A stretch of DNA of 64,000 bases from an uncultured Coxiellaceae bacterium (GCA_963922495.1 CAWUIH010000001.1:53268-117267); one strand, 5' to 3'; numbered from the stretch's first letter, positions 36,246 to 47,020 are shown. Numbers and translations are program-made. The notes: generated from the sequence alone by a model not told the origin.

Positions 36246-37626
36246 TAAAGAAATTAAGCATATTCATTGCCTCGGTATTGGTGGTATTGGCGTTAGTGCG
36301 TTAGCAGAGCTATTGTTGAAAAAAGGTTATCACGTCAGTGGCTCCGATTTGGCTGAAAATAACAACACTGCTCGGTTGCAGGCAATGGGTGCAGCGATTC
36401 AATTTGATCACCAAGGAAATGAAATTGCTAAAGCAGATGCGGTGGTTTATTCCAGTGCTATCCAGTCGGACAATAGAGAATTACAAATTGCACAACAACA
36501 TCATTTGAGATTGGTGAAGCGTGGTCAGTTGTTAGGTGAATTGATGTCGTATTATTTCAGTTTGGCGGTCTGTGGTGCTCATGGTAAAACAACCACCAGT
36601 GCCATGTTGGCTAATGCGTTTGTTACAGCAGGGTGTGATCCTAGTTTCTCAGTAGGGGGGGTATTACGAAATTTTAATGGTCCTGCGGAATTGGGGCAGA
36701 GCAAATATTTTATCGCCGAAGCTGATGAAAGTGACGCATCATTGTTATTTATGCGTCCTAACGTTGCAATTGTGACTAATATTGATGCCGACCATTTAGA
36801 GACCTATCACGGTAGTTTTGATGAGCTTAAGCAAACGTATCTCAAATTTCTCAATCAAATGCCTTCGGATGGGGTCGTGGTTGCTTGTGTGGATGATCCT
36901 ATAGTTTGTGAATTATTGCCTAAAATTAGCAAGCGTATTGTTAGTTATGGTTTTGCAGCTTATGCGGATTATCGGTTGTCAAATTACAGTCAGCACGGTC
37001 AGTGTTCTCATGCTACATTGGAAGTGTCTGGGCAAACTGCAAAAATTAAATTAAATGTACCTGGCCAACATAACGTTTTGAATGCTACCGCAGTCATTGC
37101 TGCTTGTGACATTGAAAATTTAGATCGCAGTCGTGTGCTTGGTGCATTAGCGGAATTTAAAGGTGTTGGACGCCGCTTCGATATTCACGGTGAAATTGCA
37201 GTAAAGGGGGGCAAAGCCTTACTCATTGAAGATTACGGGCATCACCCCAATGAGATTGCTGCAACGCTGTCTGCTGTTCATGCTGGTTGGCCAGCCAGTC
37301 GGGTTGTGTTGGTTTTTCAGCCGCATCGTTACAGCCGAACTCGTGACTTGCTCAATGAATTTGTGGAAATATTGCAGCAGGCAGATATGGTAGTGATGTT
37401 GGACGTATACGCTGCTGGTGAAGCACCGATTCCAGGCGTCAATTCTCAACAAATGATTTCGTTGATGTCTGCAACCAAGGCGAACCGCTTTTTTGCGCCG
37501 ACAACGGACGATTTGAAACAGGTTCTTAAAAATCATTTGCGGCATAATGATATCGTACTATTTCAAGGTGCTGGCAGCGTTGGCGCGCTAGCCTCCAGTA
37601 TGGCAGAACGTCATGCAGTGTTGTGA
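36211..37626 (+). CDS. murC: UDP-N-acetylmuramate--L-alanine ligase
   Basis: Has GIGGIGVSALAE, GAHGKTTT and DYGHHPNE. The true start may be the ATG at 36232, which would shorten the overlap with murG. Confidence 0.9.
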   Translation: MQNVRSIMILDNKEIKHIHCLGIGGIGVSALAELLLKKGYHVSGSDLAENNNTARLQAMGAAIQFDHQGNEIAKADAVVYSSAIQSDNRELQIAQQHHLRLVKRGQLLGELMSYYFSLAVCGAHGKTTTSAMLANAFVTAGCDPSFSVGGVLRNFNGPAELGQSKYFIAEADESDASLLFMRPNVAIVTNIDADHLETYHGSFDELKQTYLKFLNQMPSDGVVVACVDDPIVCELLPKISKRIVSYGFAAYADYRLSNYSQHGQCSHATLEVSGQTAKIKLNVPGQHNVLNATAVIAACDIENLDRSRVLGALAEFKGVGRRFDIHGEIAVKGGKALLIEDYGHHPNEIAATLSAVHAGWPASRVVLVFQPHRYSRTRDLLNEFVEILQQADMVVMLDVYAAGEAPIPGVNSQQMISLMSATKANRFFAPTTDDLKQVLKNHLRHNDIVLFQGAGSVGALASSMAERHAVL

Positions 37627-38518
37627 TTTTCAGCAGCTTCGAGGAAAATTAGTTCGTAATTATTCATTAGCACGCCACACTTCTTGGCGCATTGGCGGAG
37701 ATGCGGAACGTTTATACTGGCCATCTGACATTAAAGATTTACAAGTTTTTTTGCAACAGCTGCCGAAGGAAGAGTCTCTGACCTGGCTAGGGTTAGGGAG
37801 TAATGTGCTGATTCGTGACGGTGGTGTTGTTGGTACGGTGATCATTACACTCAATAGATTAAATGCGATTTCCCTCATTTCAGATACACAGGTTCGTGTT
37901 GAAGCCGGAGTCACCTGTGCGAAAATGGCAAAATTTTGTGTCAAACATCATTTTTCAGATGGTGCCTTTTTTGCGGGAATTCCCGGCACTATTGGAGGTG
38001 CTTTAGCAATGAATGCCGGTGCCTTTGGCGGTGAGACGTGGCGTTTTGTGGAATACGTTGAACTCATCGATCGTCAAGGAAAGATTACACGCAAGCAAGC
38101 TACAGAATTTGAAGTGGGTTATCGAAGTGTTCAACGCTTGCATGAAGAATACTTTGTGGCAGCGTGCTTCAATTTTTCTATTCGTCCTAAAGAGCAAGTG
38201 AAGTCAACGATCACTCAATTGCTAAAAAAAAGATCAGAGACTCAGCCTGTCGGAGAATATAATTGTGGGTCAGTATTTAAAAATCCACCTAATGATTACG
38301 CTGCAAGGTTGATTGAAAGTGTCGGCCTCAAAGGTTTTCGTATCGGCGCTGCGGAAGTTTCTTCAAAACATGCTAATTTTATTTGTAACGTGGGTCATGC
38401 CACTTCCAAGGATGTTGAGCGATTGATGGCGCTCATTGTTAAGCGCGTTTATGACGTTCACCGAATCACATTGGTGCCAGAAGTTCAGGTGATTGGAAAA
38501 TATCATGAAAAGGAATAA
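37613..38518 (+). CDS. murB: UDP-N-acetylenolpyruvoylglucosamine reductase
   Basis: Has an FAD-binding block (LGLGSNVLIRD, GIPGTIGGALAMNAGAFG) and a C-terminal block (GSVFKNP, SSKHANF). Confidence 0.9.
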   Translation: MQCCDFQQLRGKLVRNYSLARHTSWRIGGDAERLYWPSDIKDLQVFLQQLPKEESLTWLGLGSNVLIRDGGVVGTVIITLNRLNAISLISDTQVRVEAGVTCAKMAKFCVKHHFSDGAFFAGIPGTIGGALAMNAGAFGGETWRFVEYVELIDRQGKITRKQATEFEVGYRSVQRLHEEYFVAACFNFSIRPKEQVKSTITQLLKKRSETQPVGEYNCGSVFKNPPNDYAARLIESVGLKGFRIGAAEVSSKHANFICNVGHATSKDVERLMALIVKRVYDVHRITLVPEVQVIGKYHEKE

Positions 38519-39245
38519 AAAAAAGGTTAAAAAGCCGCCTTGGACTGATGTTTGGAACAGTCGGAACCTGTTTTTGGTCTCCTGTGCATTGCTATTATGT
38601 CCAATCGTTTGGGGATTAGTGACACTTTATGGTGATAGTACTTTGCCTTTTAAACAAATTCATATTGTCAGCGCTAAACATTTTGTGCATGAAAATGCTC
38701 TTAGAAATACAGTACTGAATAATCTTCACGGCGGCTTTTTCTCGCTTGATGCCATGAGTCTGCGCAAGAGGATATTGCAAAATCCTTGGATTAGAAAGGT
38801 TTCACTGCGACGTGTGTGGCCAGATCATTTGGAAGTGGAAGTTGAGGAGCAAAAACCTGTTGCGCGCTGGAACGGTAATCAAGTGGTGAATAGCTTTGAT
38901 GAACTATTTTCACCAAAAAAGTCCCCTAATGCACTGCCATCGCTCAATGGCCCGGTGGATAAATTTATCACCGTCCTTCAGCGCTATCATTTGTTTCAGA
39001 CAATTCTTGCTCCTCTGCATAAAAAAATCAGCTCATTAACTTTAGGTTATCACGGACGATGGTCGTTAGTGCTTGATGGTCGCATAAAAGTTTTTATTGG
39101 TCGTGAAAATATTGAAAAACGAATGATGAAATTTGCTCAGTACTTTCCGCGGATTGTCGGTGTAAAGTCTCAAGATGTGGAGCATGTTGATTTAAGATAC
39201 CCCAATGGAATGGCGGTTAAATGGCAAACTAAAGCAAAAAATTAA
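38493..39245 (+). CDS. ftsQ: Cell division protein FtsQ
   Basis: It has a basic N-terminus, a single TM segment and a POTRA-like block (WIRKVSLRRVWPDHLEVEVEEQKPVARW). It follows murB directly. An alternative start lies at 38505. Confidence 0.85.
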   Translation: MENIMKRNKKKVKKPPWTDVWNSRNLFLVSCALLLCPIVWGLVTLYGDSTLPFKQIHIVSAKHFVHENALRNTVLNNLHGGFFSLDAMSLRKRILQNPWIRKVSLRRVWPDHLEVEVEEQKPVARWNGNQVVNSFDELFSPKKSPNALPSLNGPVDKFITVLQRYHLFQTILAPLHKKISSLTLGYHGRWSLVLDGRIKVFIGRENIEKRMMKFAQYFPRIVGVKSQDVEHVDLRYPNGMAVKWQTKAKN

Positions 39246-39420
39246 TAAACTCTTCTAAGTGGCTATAATTTCAGAATCATATTTTTCACGGAATAGTATG
39301 CAAATTTAGTGCAAATAGTGCTAGAATCAAATTAATTTTAATGGTCGTCTCAAAATATATCGCTTATACTTATGATTTAATTGTTAAAGTGATGCGAAGG
39401 ACAGGGAGAGCTTGGCCGTC

Positions 39421-40656
39421 ATGCCGAAAAACTCCGATAAAAATCTCATAGTCGCCCTTGATATTGGCACAAGCAAAATTGCTGCTTTAGTCGCTGAAAT
39501 AGGTCAGGATAATCAAGTCGAAGTGATCGGCTTTGGCTCGCATCCATCGCGTGGTCTAAAACGCGGCGTGGTTGTTAATATTGAGTCCACCGTTCAATCG
39601 ATACAGCACGCGATAGAGGAGGCGGAATTGATGGCTGGTTGCGAGATCAATTCAGCATGTACTGGAATAGCTGGTAGTCATATCAGTAGTTTAAACTCCC
39701 ATGGCATTGTTGCAATTCGTGATCGAGAAGTTAATCAAGTCGACGTAGACCGTGTCATTGATGCCGCTAAAGCCGTTGCGATTCCTGCTGATCAGAGAAT
39801 TTTGCATATCTTACCTCAGGAATTCATCATCGATAGCCAATCTGGTGTCAAAGAGCCGGTTGGAATGTCCGGTGTGAGGTTAGAGGCTAAGGTGCATATT
39901 GTGACAGGCGCGGTGAGTGCAGCGCAGAATATCTCAAAATGTGTTCGACGCTGTGGTTTGCAGGTGGGTGATATTGTCTTAGAACAATTAGCTTCAAGTC
40001 ATGCAGTACTTACTGACGATGAAAAAGAATTAGGGGTCTGCATGATAGATATTGGTGGTGGCACTACCGACATGGCTATTTTTACTGATGGCGCAATACG
40101 TCATACTCATGTGATCCCTATTGCCGGCGATCACGTTACCAATGATGTAGCAGTTGCACTTCGCACACCAACGCAATACGCTGAGGAGATAAAAATCAAA
40201 CATGGATCTGCCACCCCTCAGCATGTCAATCTCGAAGAAACCATACAAGTCCCTTCGGTTGCCAAGCGTGCGCCAAAAAAAATGCAGCGTCGCGCCCTGG
40301 CGCAAGTAGTTGCTGCCCGTTACGAAGAATTATTTGAATTAATTTTAGAAGAATTGCGCCGTAATCGGTTTGAGCACTTGATTGCGGCAGGTATCGTGTT
40401 GACTGGTGGCGCTTCCGGAGTGCCAGGGTGTTTAGAGCTCGCCGAAAAAGTTTTTGGCATGCCAGTACGCTTGGGAGTGCCACAATATGTCAACGGGTTA
40501 GTTGACGTGCGTGATAATCCGGTATTTGCTACCGGAGTAGGATTATTGCTACATGGCTTGCAGAATCAAATTGAAAACCGACCGGCGATAAATTTTGATC
40601 GTAGTTCTAGAAGTTTATGGCAGCGAATGAAAAGCTGGTTTCAAAGTAATTTTTAA
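39421..40656 (+). CDS. ftsA: Cell division protein FtsA
   Basis: Has an actin-like fold (LDIGTSKIAALV, IDIGGGTTDMAIF, LTGGAS) and a C-terminal amphipathic helix (LWQRMKSWFQSNF). The ATG at 39421 follows AGGGAGAG and is preferred over the TTG at 39412. Confidence 0.9.
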   Translation: MPKNSDKNLIVALDIGTSKIAALVAEIGQDNQVEVIGFGSHPSRGLKRGVVVNIESTVQSIQHAIEEAELMAGCEINSACTGIAGSHISSLNSHGIVAIRDREVNQVDVDRVIDAAKAVAIPADQRILHILPQEFIIDSQSGVKEPVGMSGVRLEAKVHIVTGAVSAAQNISKCVRRCGLQVGDIVLEQLASSHAVLTDDEKELGVCMIDIGGGTTDMAIFTDGAIRHTHVIPIAGDHVTNDVAVALRTPTQYAEEIKIKHGSATPQHVNLEETIQVPSVAKRAPKKMQRRALAQVVAARYEELFELILEELRRNRFEHLIAAGIVLTGGASGVPGCLELAEKVFGMPVRLGVPQYVNGLVDVRDNPVFATGVGLLLHGLQNQIENRPAINFDRSSRSLWQRMKSWFQSNF

Positions 40657-40671
40657 CGGGGGGATAGAATA

Positions 40672-41832
40672 ATGTTTGAGTTGGGAGATACAGCTCCTCA
40701 AAATGCGCAGATTAAAGTAGTTGGTATCGGCGGTGGTGGGGGTAATGCCATTGAGCATATGATGACAGAAAGTATTGAGGGTGTTGAGTTTGTGTGTGCA
40801 AACACTGATTCCCAAGCGCTAGGTCGCTCCAGTGCCCGTACCGTATTGCAGCTAGGCGATGAAATTACCAAAGGATTAGGTGCAGGGGCTGATCCCGAAG
40901 TAGGTCGTCAAGCTGCAGAAGAGGCGCGCGAAGCGATCCGTGAAGTGCTTGAAGGCACAGATATGGTTTTTTTGACTGCTGGTATGGGTGGTGGTACCGG
41001 CACCGGCGCGGCGCCTACTTTCGCAGAAATTGCTAAAGAATTAGGTATTTTGACAGTCGCCGTGGTTACCAAACCGTTTGCTTTTGAGGGTCGTAAGCGT
41101 ATGGAAAATGCTGACCTCGGTATCAAGGCATTGAGTAAGTATGTTGATTCTTTGATCACCATACCTAATAACAAGTTATTGACTGTGCTGGGTAAAAATA
41201 TCAGCCTGTTAAATGCATTTAAGGCGGCAAATAACGTGCTTTATGGTGCGGTGCAAGGTATTGCCGACTTAATTACACGTCCTGGTTTAATCAACGTTGA
41301 CTTTGCCGATGTCCGTACAGTGATGTCAGAAATGGGTATGGCGATGATGGGTACTGGTGTGAGTAGTGGTGAAAACCGCGCCAAAGAAGCAGCCGAATCT
41401 GCCATAGCAAGCCCATTGTTGGAAGATGTGGATTTTACCGGTGCGCGCGGTATATTGGTCAACATTACCGCTGGGATGGATATGTCTATTGGAGAATTTG
41501 AGCAGGTAGGTGATGCCGTGAAGGCCTTTTCCTCTGAAAATGCCACGGTAGTGGTTGGTACCGTGATTGACCCTGAAATGAGTGATGAATTGCGGGTCAC
41601 AGTCGTAGTTACGGGTTTGGGAGAGAACAATAGTGGTGGCGGTGCTGCAATACAAATCAAGCACGCACAACATAGTAATAGCGATGGCTCACCTGATTAC
41701 GCAGAACTGGATCGTCCCACGTATATGCGGCAAGTAGAACCCAAAAAACCTACAGTTGAAACCGAGGAACAGCGTGACAAAGATTTTGATTATTTAGACA
41801 TTCCTGCGTTTTTGCGCCGTCAAGAGGAATAA
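40672..41832 (+). CDS. ftsZ: Cell division GTPase FtsZ
   Basis: Has GIGGGGGNA and the tubulin signature GGGTGTGAAP, plus NVDFADV. The C-terminal peptide is DYLDIPAFLRRQ. Confidence 0.97.
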   Translation: MFELGDTAPQNAQIKVVGIGGGGGNAIEHMMTESIEGVEFVCANTDSQALGRSSARTVLQLGDEITKGLGAGADPEVGRQAAEEAREAIREVLEGTDMVFLTAGMGGGTGTGAAPTFAEIAKELGILTVAVVTKPFAFEGRKRMENADLGIKALSKYVDSLITIPNNKLLTVLGKNISLLNAFKAANNVLYGAVQGIADLITRPGLINVDFADVRTVMSEMGMAMMGTGVSSGENRAKEAAESAIASPLLEDVDFTGARGILVNITAGMDMSIGEFEQVGDAVKAFSSENATVVVGTVIDPEMSDELRVTVVVTGLGENNSGGGAAIQIKHAQHSNSDGSPDYAELDRPTYMRQVEPKKPTVETEEQRDKDFDYLDIPAFLRRQEE

Positions 41833-41894
41833 CATTTTTTTATTAACAGGGATATGCTAGAATTCGCATTTTTTAGCTTAAGTTTGGTGCAAAT

Positions 41895-42803
41895 ATGATA
41901 CAACAGCGGACTCTTAAGAATGTCGTGCGGGCTACAGGGGTTGGTGTCCATACTGGAGATAAAGTCTATCTTACGTTGCGGCCCGCGCCTGCGCACACCG
42001 GGATTTTGATTTGTCGCACTGACCTGAATACAATAGTGCAAATACCAGCACGAGCTGAATATATTTGCGATACCAGTCTCTCTACATGCCTTTCCAAAGA
42101 CGGAGTACGTGTTTCGACCGTAGAACATTTGATGTCAGCGTTGGCTGGTTTGGGAATTGATAATTGCTATGTGGACATTACCTCACCCGAACTGCCTATT
42201 ATGGATGGTAGTGCTGGTCCATTTGTTTTTCTGATTCAATCAGCGGGTATTCAGGAGCAACAGGCACCCAAAGAATTCATTCGTATCAAGCGCAAAGTAA
42301 AAATTAAAGACGGTGATAAAGTCGTGACTATCGAGCCCTACGACGGTTTTAAAGTGAGTTTTGGTATCGACTTCGAGCACCCATTATTCAATGAAACCAA
42401 CCAATATGCCACGCTTGATTTTTCAGGAATTTCATATGTGAAGGAAGTATCGCGTGCCCGTACTTTTGGTTTTTTATCTGATTACGAATATATCCGCAAA
42501 AATAACCTAGCATTGGGCGCGAGTTTGGATAACGCTATTGTACTTGACGAATATAAAATATTAAACCAAGACGGTTTGCGATATCCAGATGAATTTGTGA
42601 AACATAAAATTCTGGATGTCATTGGCGATCTTTATTTATTAGGTTATAGTGTGTTAGGTGCTTTTACCGGATATAAATCGGGACACACACTAAATAGCCA
42701 ATTATTAAATAAGGTGCTGGCAACTCAGGATGCCTGGGAGATTGTTACTTTTGAGGATTCAACTAGGCTTCCATTTTCGTATACACCAGCCTACGCTGCC
42801 TAG
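41895..42803 (+). CDS. lpxC: UDP-3-O-acyl-N-acetylglucosamine deacetylase
   Basis: Has [40 protein letters not shown] and GHTLN. Confidence 0.95.
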   Translation: MIQQRTLKNVVRATGVGVHTGDKVYLTLRPAPAHTGILICRTDLNTIVQIPARAEYICDTSLSTCLSKDGVRVSTVEHLMSALAGLGIDNCYVDITSPELPIMDGSAGPFVFLIQSAGIQEQQAPKEFIRIKRKVKIKDGDKVVTIEPYDGFKVSFGIDFEHPLFNETNQYATLDFSGISYVKEVSRARTFGFLSDYEYIRKNNLALGASLDNAIVLDEYKILNQDGLRYPDEFVKHKILDVIGDLYLLGYSVLGAFTGYKSGHTLNSQLLNKVLATQDAWEIVTFEDSTRLPFSYTPAYAA

Positions 42804-42887
42804 AGTGTTTTGAACAGTGGTGACAAGTAACAATGGCATTTAGCATCTTGTCGGAATGTGAGTCGCAGCAAATAGTGTTCATCTTGA

Positions 42888-42901
42888 GTGCTTTTTCTAG
42901 G
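42888..42901. repeat. Solo terminal motif of the repeat family
   Basis: gtgctttttctagg lies between the convergent lpxC and dciA-like stops. It is identical in its core to the element ends at 5401-5414 and 47007-47020. Confidence 0.4.
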
Positions 42902-42915
42902 TTTAACAGTGGTGT

Positions 42916-43224
42916 TCAACTGGGGCGCACTGTCACCTGAATAGCTGTAATGGCCGGAAGTTGTTTAATAAGCTCCGGTGTTTGATAGCGTAGCTTAATT
43001 GCCCACGATGCGCTTTGTACCTGAACGATTAGTTGTGTACCGTGTACATTCGCGACACGACAACAAGACTTTAAATGTCCTGGTAATAGTTGTTGGAGTT
43101 CAAGCTCCAACTGCCTAATGAGATGTGCTTTCGCAACAATGGATTTCAGTAACCCCTTCTCAAAACATTTTTGAATAGGTTGTGGATCTTTGGTATTTTC
43201 TAGCGGTTGTTTATATATTAGCAT
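42916..43224 (-). CDS. dciA: DUF721/DciA-like protein (putative replicative helicase operator)
   Basis: 102 aa. RVANVHGTQLIVQVQSASWAIKLRYQTPELIKQL fits the DUF721 pattern. It is divergent from secA, between lpxC and secA, as in many non-enteric gammaproteobacteria. Confidence 0.6.
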   Translation of the reverse strand: MLIYKQPLENTKDPQPIQKCFEKGLLKSIVAKAHLIRQLELELQQLLPGHLKSCCRVANVHGTQLIVQVQSASWAIKLRYQTPELIKQLPAITAIQVTVRPS

Positions 43225-43263
43225 GATTTAAGAAAGTTTCCCTTGAGTAACTAATGATATAGA

Positions 43264-46029
43264 ATGCAGCCTATGCTTAGCAATACTATCAAAAAAATTG
43301 TCGGAACTCGCAATGATCGCTTAATCCGCGGTTATCGTAAAATAATTACAAGAATCAATCAACTTGAGCCAGAATTCCAACAGCTTACTGATGATCAGTT
43401 GCGTGCTAAAACCAGTGAATTTAAGCAGCGCATCGAAAATGGTGAATCCACACATAAACTGTTACCCGAAGCATTTGCTGTGGTTCGTGAAACCAGTGTT
43501 AGAACGCTAGGAATGCGCCATTTTGAGGTGCAATTGATCGGTGGCATGGTACTGCATGATGGGAGGATCTCTGAAATGCGTACCGGTGAAGGCAAGACGC
43601 TGATGTCTACATTGCCCGTTTACCTGAATGCACTCAGTGGTAAAGGTGTTCACGTTGTGACGGTTAACGATTACCTCGCTAAGCGTGACGCGGAATGGAT
43701 GAAGCCCATTTACGAATTTCTTGGTATTACTGTGGGAGTTAATCTTCCAGAGATGAGTCCAGAAGACAAGCAAGCTGCTTATGCTGCCGACGTTACTTTT
43801 GGAACTAACAACGAATTTGGCTTCGATTATCTGCGCGACAATATGGTATTCAGTTTAGATCAGCGTGTGCAACGACCATTGCATTTTGCGGTCATCGATG
43901 AAGTTGATTCCATTTTAATTGACGAGGCGCGCACGCCACTTATTATTTCAGGGCAAGCTGAAGAGTCTTCGGATTTGTATGGAAAAATTAATAAAATTAT
44001 TCCGCAGTTAATACAACAAAAAATGTTAGAAGATCAGCAAGAAGAAGATGTTGCTGAAGAAGATCGTGGTGATTACACGCTCGATGAGAAAAATCGACAG
44101 GCTTTTTTGACTGAGCAAGGTCATCGCAAAGTCGAAAAAATTATGGTGCAAGAAGGGCTGATGCAAGAGGGTGAAAGCCTTTATGATGTCGGTAATATCA
44201 TGTTAATGCACTATCTTTACGCCTCATTACGTGCTCATACTTTATTTCAGCGTGATATTCACTACATCGTAAAGAATAATCAAGTGATGATTGTCGATGA
44301 GCACACAGGTCGGCTAATGCCAGGGCGACGCTGGTCAGAAGGCTTGCATCAAGCAGTGGAGGCGAAAGAAGGGGTTGATATCCAACTTGAAAATCAAACG
44401 TTGGCGACGATAACGTTTCAAAACTATTTTCGCCTCTATCGAAAATTGTCAGGCATGACGGGCACTGCGGATACTGAAGCGTATGAATTGCAAAATATTT
44501 ATGGTTTGGAAGTCGTAGTAATTCCCACTAATAAACCGATGGTGCGTAAGGATGCTGCTGATATCGTGTTTTTAACCACACAATGCAAATATGAAGCGAT
44601 TGCTGAAGAAATTAAAACCCGTCATGAAAAAGGCCAGCCGATTTTAATTGGTACCGCTTCGATTGAATCTTCAGAATTAGTCGCGCAGTTTTTGCGAAAA
44701 ACCGGTATTAAGTTTGAAGTTCTAAATGCTAAGAATCACGAGCGTGAAGCAAAAATCATTGCAGACGCGGGTAGGCCCGGTGCGGTGACAATAGCAACCA
44801 ATATGGCAGGCCGTGGGACGGATATCATGCTGGGCGGCAATATAGAGGCTGAAATTGCTGAGTTAGAAAACCCCAATGAAGAGCAAATTGCTATATTAAG
44901 ACAGCAATGGCAACAACATCACGATGCAGTATTGCAAGCGGGTGGTTTACATGTGCTAGGAACTGAACGTCATGAATCGCGTCGTATCGATAATCAGCTT
45001 CGTGGTCGTGCAGGTCGCCAAGGTGATCCGGGTTCATCGCAATTTTATTTATCTGTCGAAGACAATTTATTGCGTATTTTTGCCGGCGATCGGATGGCGA
45101 TGATGATGCGTCGTTTAGGCTTAAAAGAAGGTGATGTGATCCAGCATAAATTATTATCCCGCTCGATTGAAAAGGCACAGCGTCGTGTTGAAGGCATCAA
45201 CTTTGATGCGCGAAAGCATTTATTGGAATATGACGACGTTGCCAGTGACCAGCGCAAAGTGATCTATCAGCAACGTTTAAAACTATTGGAAGCTAAAGAC
45301 ATTGGTGACAACATTAAGGAACTACGTGTTGAGGCGATTGAGGACATGGTTACATTATTTGTGCCGCCGCAAAGTATTGAAGAACAGTGGGATATCTCAG
45401 GTTTGGAAAAGCAGCTACATGAAGATTTTGGACTGGTACTGCCAATCACAACCTGGCTTGAAAAAGATCATGGCATTACTGATGAAACATTGCATGAGAG
45501 AATTTTAGAGACTGTCGTGATCGCCTATGAAGAAAAAGAAGCCCAAATTGACCCCGAAACCATGCGTGATGTTGAAAAAAATATTATGTTGCAATTGTTG
45601 GATCATCATTGGAAAGAGCATTTGGCAGCAATGGATCAACTGCGTCAAGGAATTCATCTACGGGGTTATGCTCAAAAAAATCCCACTCAAGAATATAAAC
45701 GTGAATCGTTCGAGCTGTTTACGGGTATGATGAAAAAGCTTAAATACGAGTTGGTTGCGGCATTATCCAAAATAGAAATTGCATCTCCCGAGGAATTAGC
45801 GCGTCAACAACAACATTATGAGCAAATAGCTGCGCCGCAGTTTCATTATCACCATGAAGAAATAAATGCGTTACAGCCGCAGACACAGTCAGAGGAAGTT
45901 GCAATAGCGGAAATGCCGGAAGAACTGACTCAGCAGCCCTATACACGTTTAGAACCTAAAGTAGGCCGTAATGCTCCCTGTCCCTGTGGCAGTGGTAAAA
46001 AATATAAACAATGTCACGGTAAATTATGA
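43264..46029 (+). CDS. secA: Preprotein translocase ATPase SecA
   Basis: Has the DEAD motor ([38 protein letters not shown]). The C-terminal zinc finger is [14 protein letters not shown]. The likely start is the ATG at 43273 ([11 protein letters not shown]). Confidence 0.97.
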   Translation: MQPMLSNTIKKIVGTRNDRLIRGYRKIITRINQLEPEFQQLTDDQLRAKTSEFKQRIENGESTHKLLPEAFAVVRETSVRTLGMRHFEVQLIGGMVLHDGRISEMRTGEGKTLMSTLPVYLNALSGKGVHVVTVNDYLAKRDAEWMKPIYEFLGITVGVNLPEMSPEDKQAAYAADVTFGTNNEFGFDYLRDNMVFSLDQRVQRPLHFAVIDEVDSILIDEARTPLIISGQAEESSDLYGKINKIIPQLIQQKMLEDQQEEDVAEEDRGDYTLDEKNRQAFLTEQGHRKVEKIMVQEGLMQEGESLYDVGNIMLMHYLYASLRAHTLFQRDIHYIVKNNQVMIVDEHTGRLMPGRRWSEGLHQAVEAKEGVDIQLENQTLATITFQNYFRLYRKLSGMTGTADTEAYELQNIYGLEVVVIPTNKPMVRKDAADIVFLTTQCKYEAIAEEIKTRHEKGQPILIGTASIESSELVAQFLRKTGIKFEVLNAKNHEREAKIIADAGRPGAVTIATNMAGRGTDIMLGGNIEAEIAELENPNEEQIAILRQQWQQHHDAVLQAGGLHVLGTERHESRRIDNQLRGRAGRQGDPGSSQFYLSVEDNLLRIFAGDRMAMMMRRLGLKEGDVIQHKLLSRSIEKAQRRVEGINFDARKHLLEYDDVASDQRKVIYQQRLKLLEAKDIGDNIKELRVEAIEDMVTLFVPPQSIEEQWDISGLEKQLHEDFGLVLPITTWLEKDHGITDETLHERILETVVIAYEEKEAQIDPETMRDVEKNIMLQLLDHHWKEHLAAMDQLRQGIHLRGYAQKNPTQEYKRESFELFTGMMKKLKYELVAALSKIEIASPEELARQQQHYEQIAAPQFHYHHEEINALQPQTQSEEVAIAEMPEELTQQPYTRLEPKVGRNAPCPCGSGKKYKQCHGKL

Positions 46030-46418
46030 TAATTGACGTTGCTGTCGGCATTATTGTGAACGCAACAAAACATATCCTTGTATCTCGTCGCCCAAAACAT
46101 GTTCCGCAGGGTGGTTTATGGGAATTCCCTGGTGGGAAGTTAGAAAGGGCTGAAGACAGTTACGCAGCGCTTTGCCGTGAATTGAAAGAAGAAGTCAATG
46201 TTGATGTTAAGGCCGCGTGTCCATTATTAAAAGTTCAACAACATTACCCAGAAAATAAGGTTAAGTTGCATGTGTGGCAAGTGCTTTCTTATAGTGGTGT
46301 GGCGTGTGGTATGGAAGGGCAGCAGATAAAATGGATTCTGGTTGATCACATTCAGCAATTAAAGTTTCCCACGGCAAATATTGAAATTATACGTTTCTTA
46401 CAACAAAATCTGTTATGA
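46026..46418 (+). CDS. mutT: 8-oxo-dGTP diphosphatase (Nudix)
   Basis: Has the Nudix box [31 protein letters not shown]. It overlaps secA by 4 nt, the canonical position. Confidence 0.85.
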   Translation: MIIDVAVGIIVNATKHILVSRRPKHVPQGGLWEFPGGKLERAEDSYAALCRELKEEVNVDVKAACPLLKVQQHYPENKVKLHVWQVLSYSGVACGMEGQQIKWILVDHIQQLKFPTANIEIIRFLQQNLL

Positions 46419-46451
46419 TCTGAGTTTATAAATAATTTCAAGGAGTGTTTT

Positions 46452-46880
46452 ATGAAGAAAATTATTTCATTACTTGCTGCTAGCATTTTTGCTGTATCCT
46501 GCTTTGCGTTGCCAACGGCACACTTCACTCCTGGTGAAGTATGTGACGGTAAAGCTTACTGCATAGTTGTTCATGGTGACAGCAGTCTGGAGGGTGAAAC
46601 AAGGTTTTTGCAGTCCTGGTGGGTAACGCGAGATGTCACTAGCGGTCCGCGAACAGTGATGTCTGTCATCAAACCCAATACATCATTCAGTTATTACCTT
46701 TCATCCGATGAAGTTGATCCTAGTATCCGTGCTATGCGTTATGCAATCAGTAACTTGAGCGGTGAAGGACAAGAAAATTGTTATGTTTCTGATCAGGCAT
46801 TGAATTTAAATCAACAATCAGTGAAACATTATATCACAATTTATAAAGACTCAGGTGTATATAAGTGTAAGGCGCATTAA
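46452..46880 (+). CDS. Hypothetical secreted protein (orphan)
   Basis: It has a strong SD (AAGGAG) and a signal peptide (MKKIISLLAASIFAVSCFA). The 142-aa protein contains several Cys. No family recognised. Confidence 0.55.
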   Translation: MKKIISLLAASIFAVSCFALPTAHFTPGEVCDGKAYCIVVHGDSSLEGETRFLQSWWVTRDVTSGPRTVMSVIKPNTSFSYYLSSDEVDPSIRAMRYAISNLSGEGQENCYVSDQALNLNQQSVKHYITIYKDSGVYKCKAH

Positions 46881-46902
46881 TGATTCAATCCTAAACCATG
46901 AT

Positions 46903-46941
46903 CCCCACATTTAAATAATTCAAATCTACCTAAATGTGGGG
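46903..46941. other. 11-bp-stem hairpin between convergent genes
   Basis: ccccacattta pairs with taaatgtgggg, with a 17-nt loop. It abuts the half-copy repeat. It is a possible terminator or part of the repeat, and there is no T-run. Confidence 0.35.
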
Positions 46942-46952
46942 GCTTAATCTAA

Positions 46953-47020
46953 GCATTTTTATTACGCGAGACGAATCAAGCTGATATGCCAGAAATCGTG
47001 ATCCAACTGCCTTTTCTAGG
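46953..47020. repeat. Half copy (one arm) of the MITE/REP-like element
   Basis: gcatttttattacgcgagacgaatcaagctgatatgccagaaatcgtgatccaactgccttttctagg aligns with the right arm of copy B (60481-60546). It also aligns with the reverse complement of the left arm of copy A. Confidence 0.7.

Noticed and set aside
40908-41673. Three long minus-strand ORFs (88, 139 and 115 aa) inside ftsZ
   Set aside because: They lie entirely antisense to an unambiguous ftsZ. The Gly/Ala/Thr/Val-rich codons of ftsZ (GGT, GCN, ACC) leave the antisense frames free of stops. Their products are low-complexity (PVPVPPPIPA, TTTVT). These are shadow ORFs.
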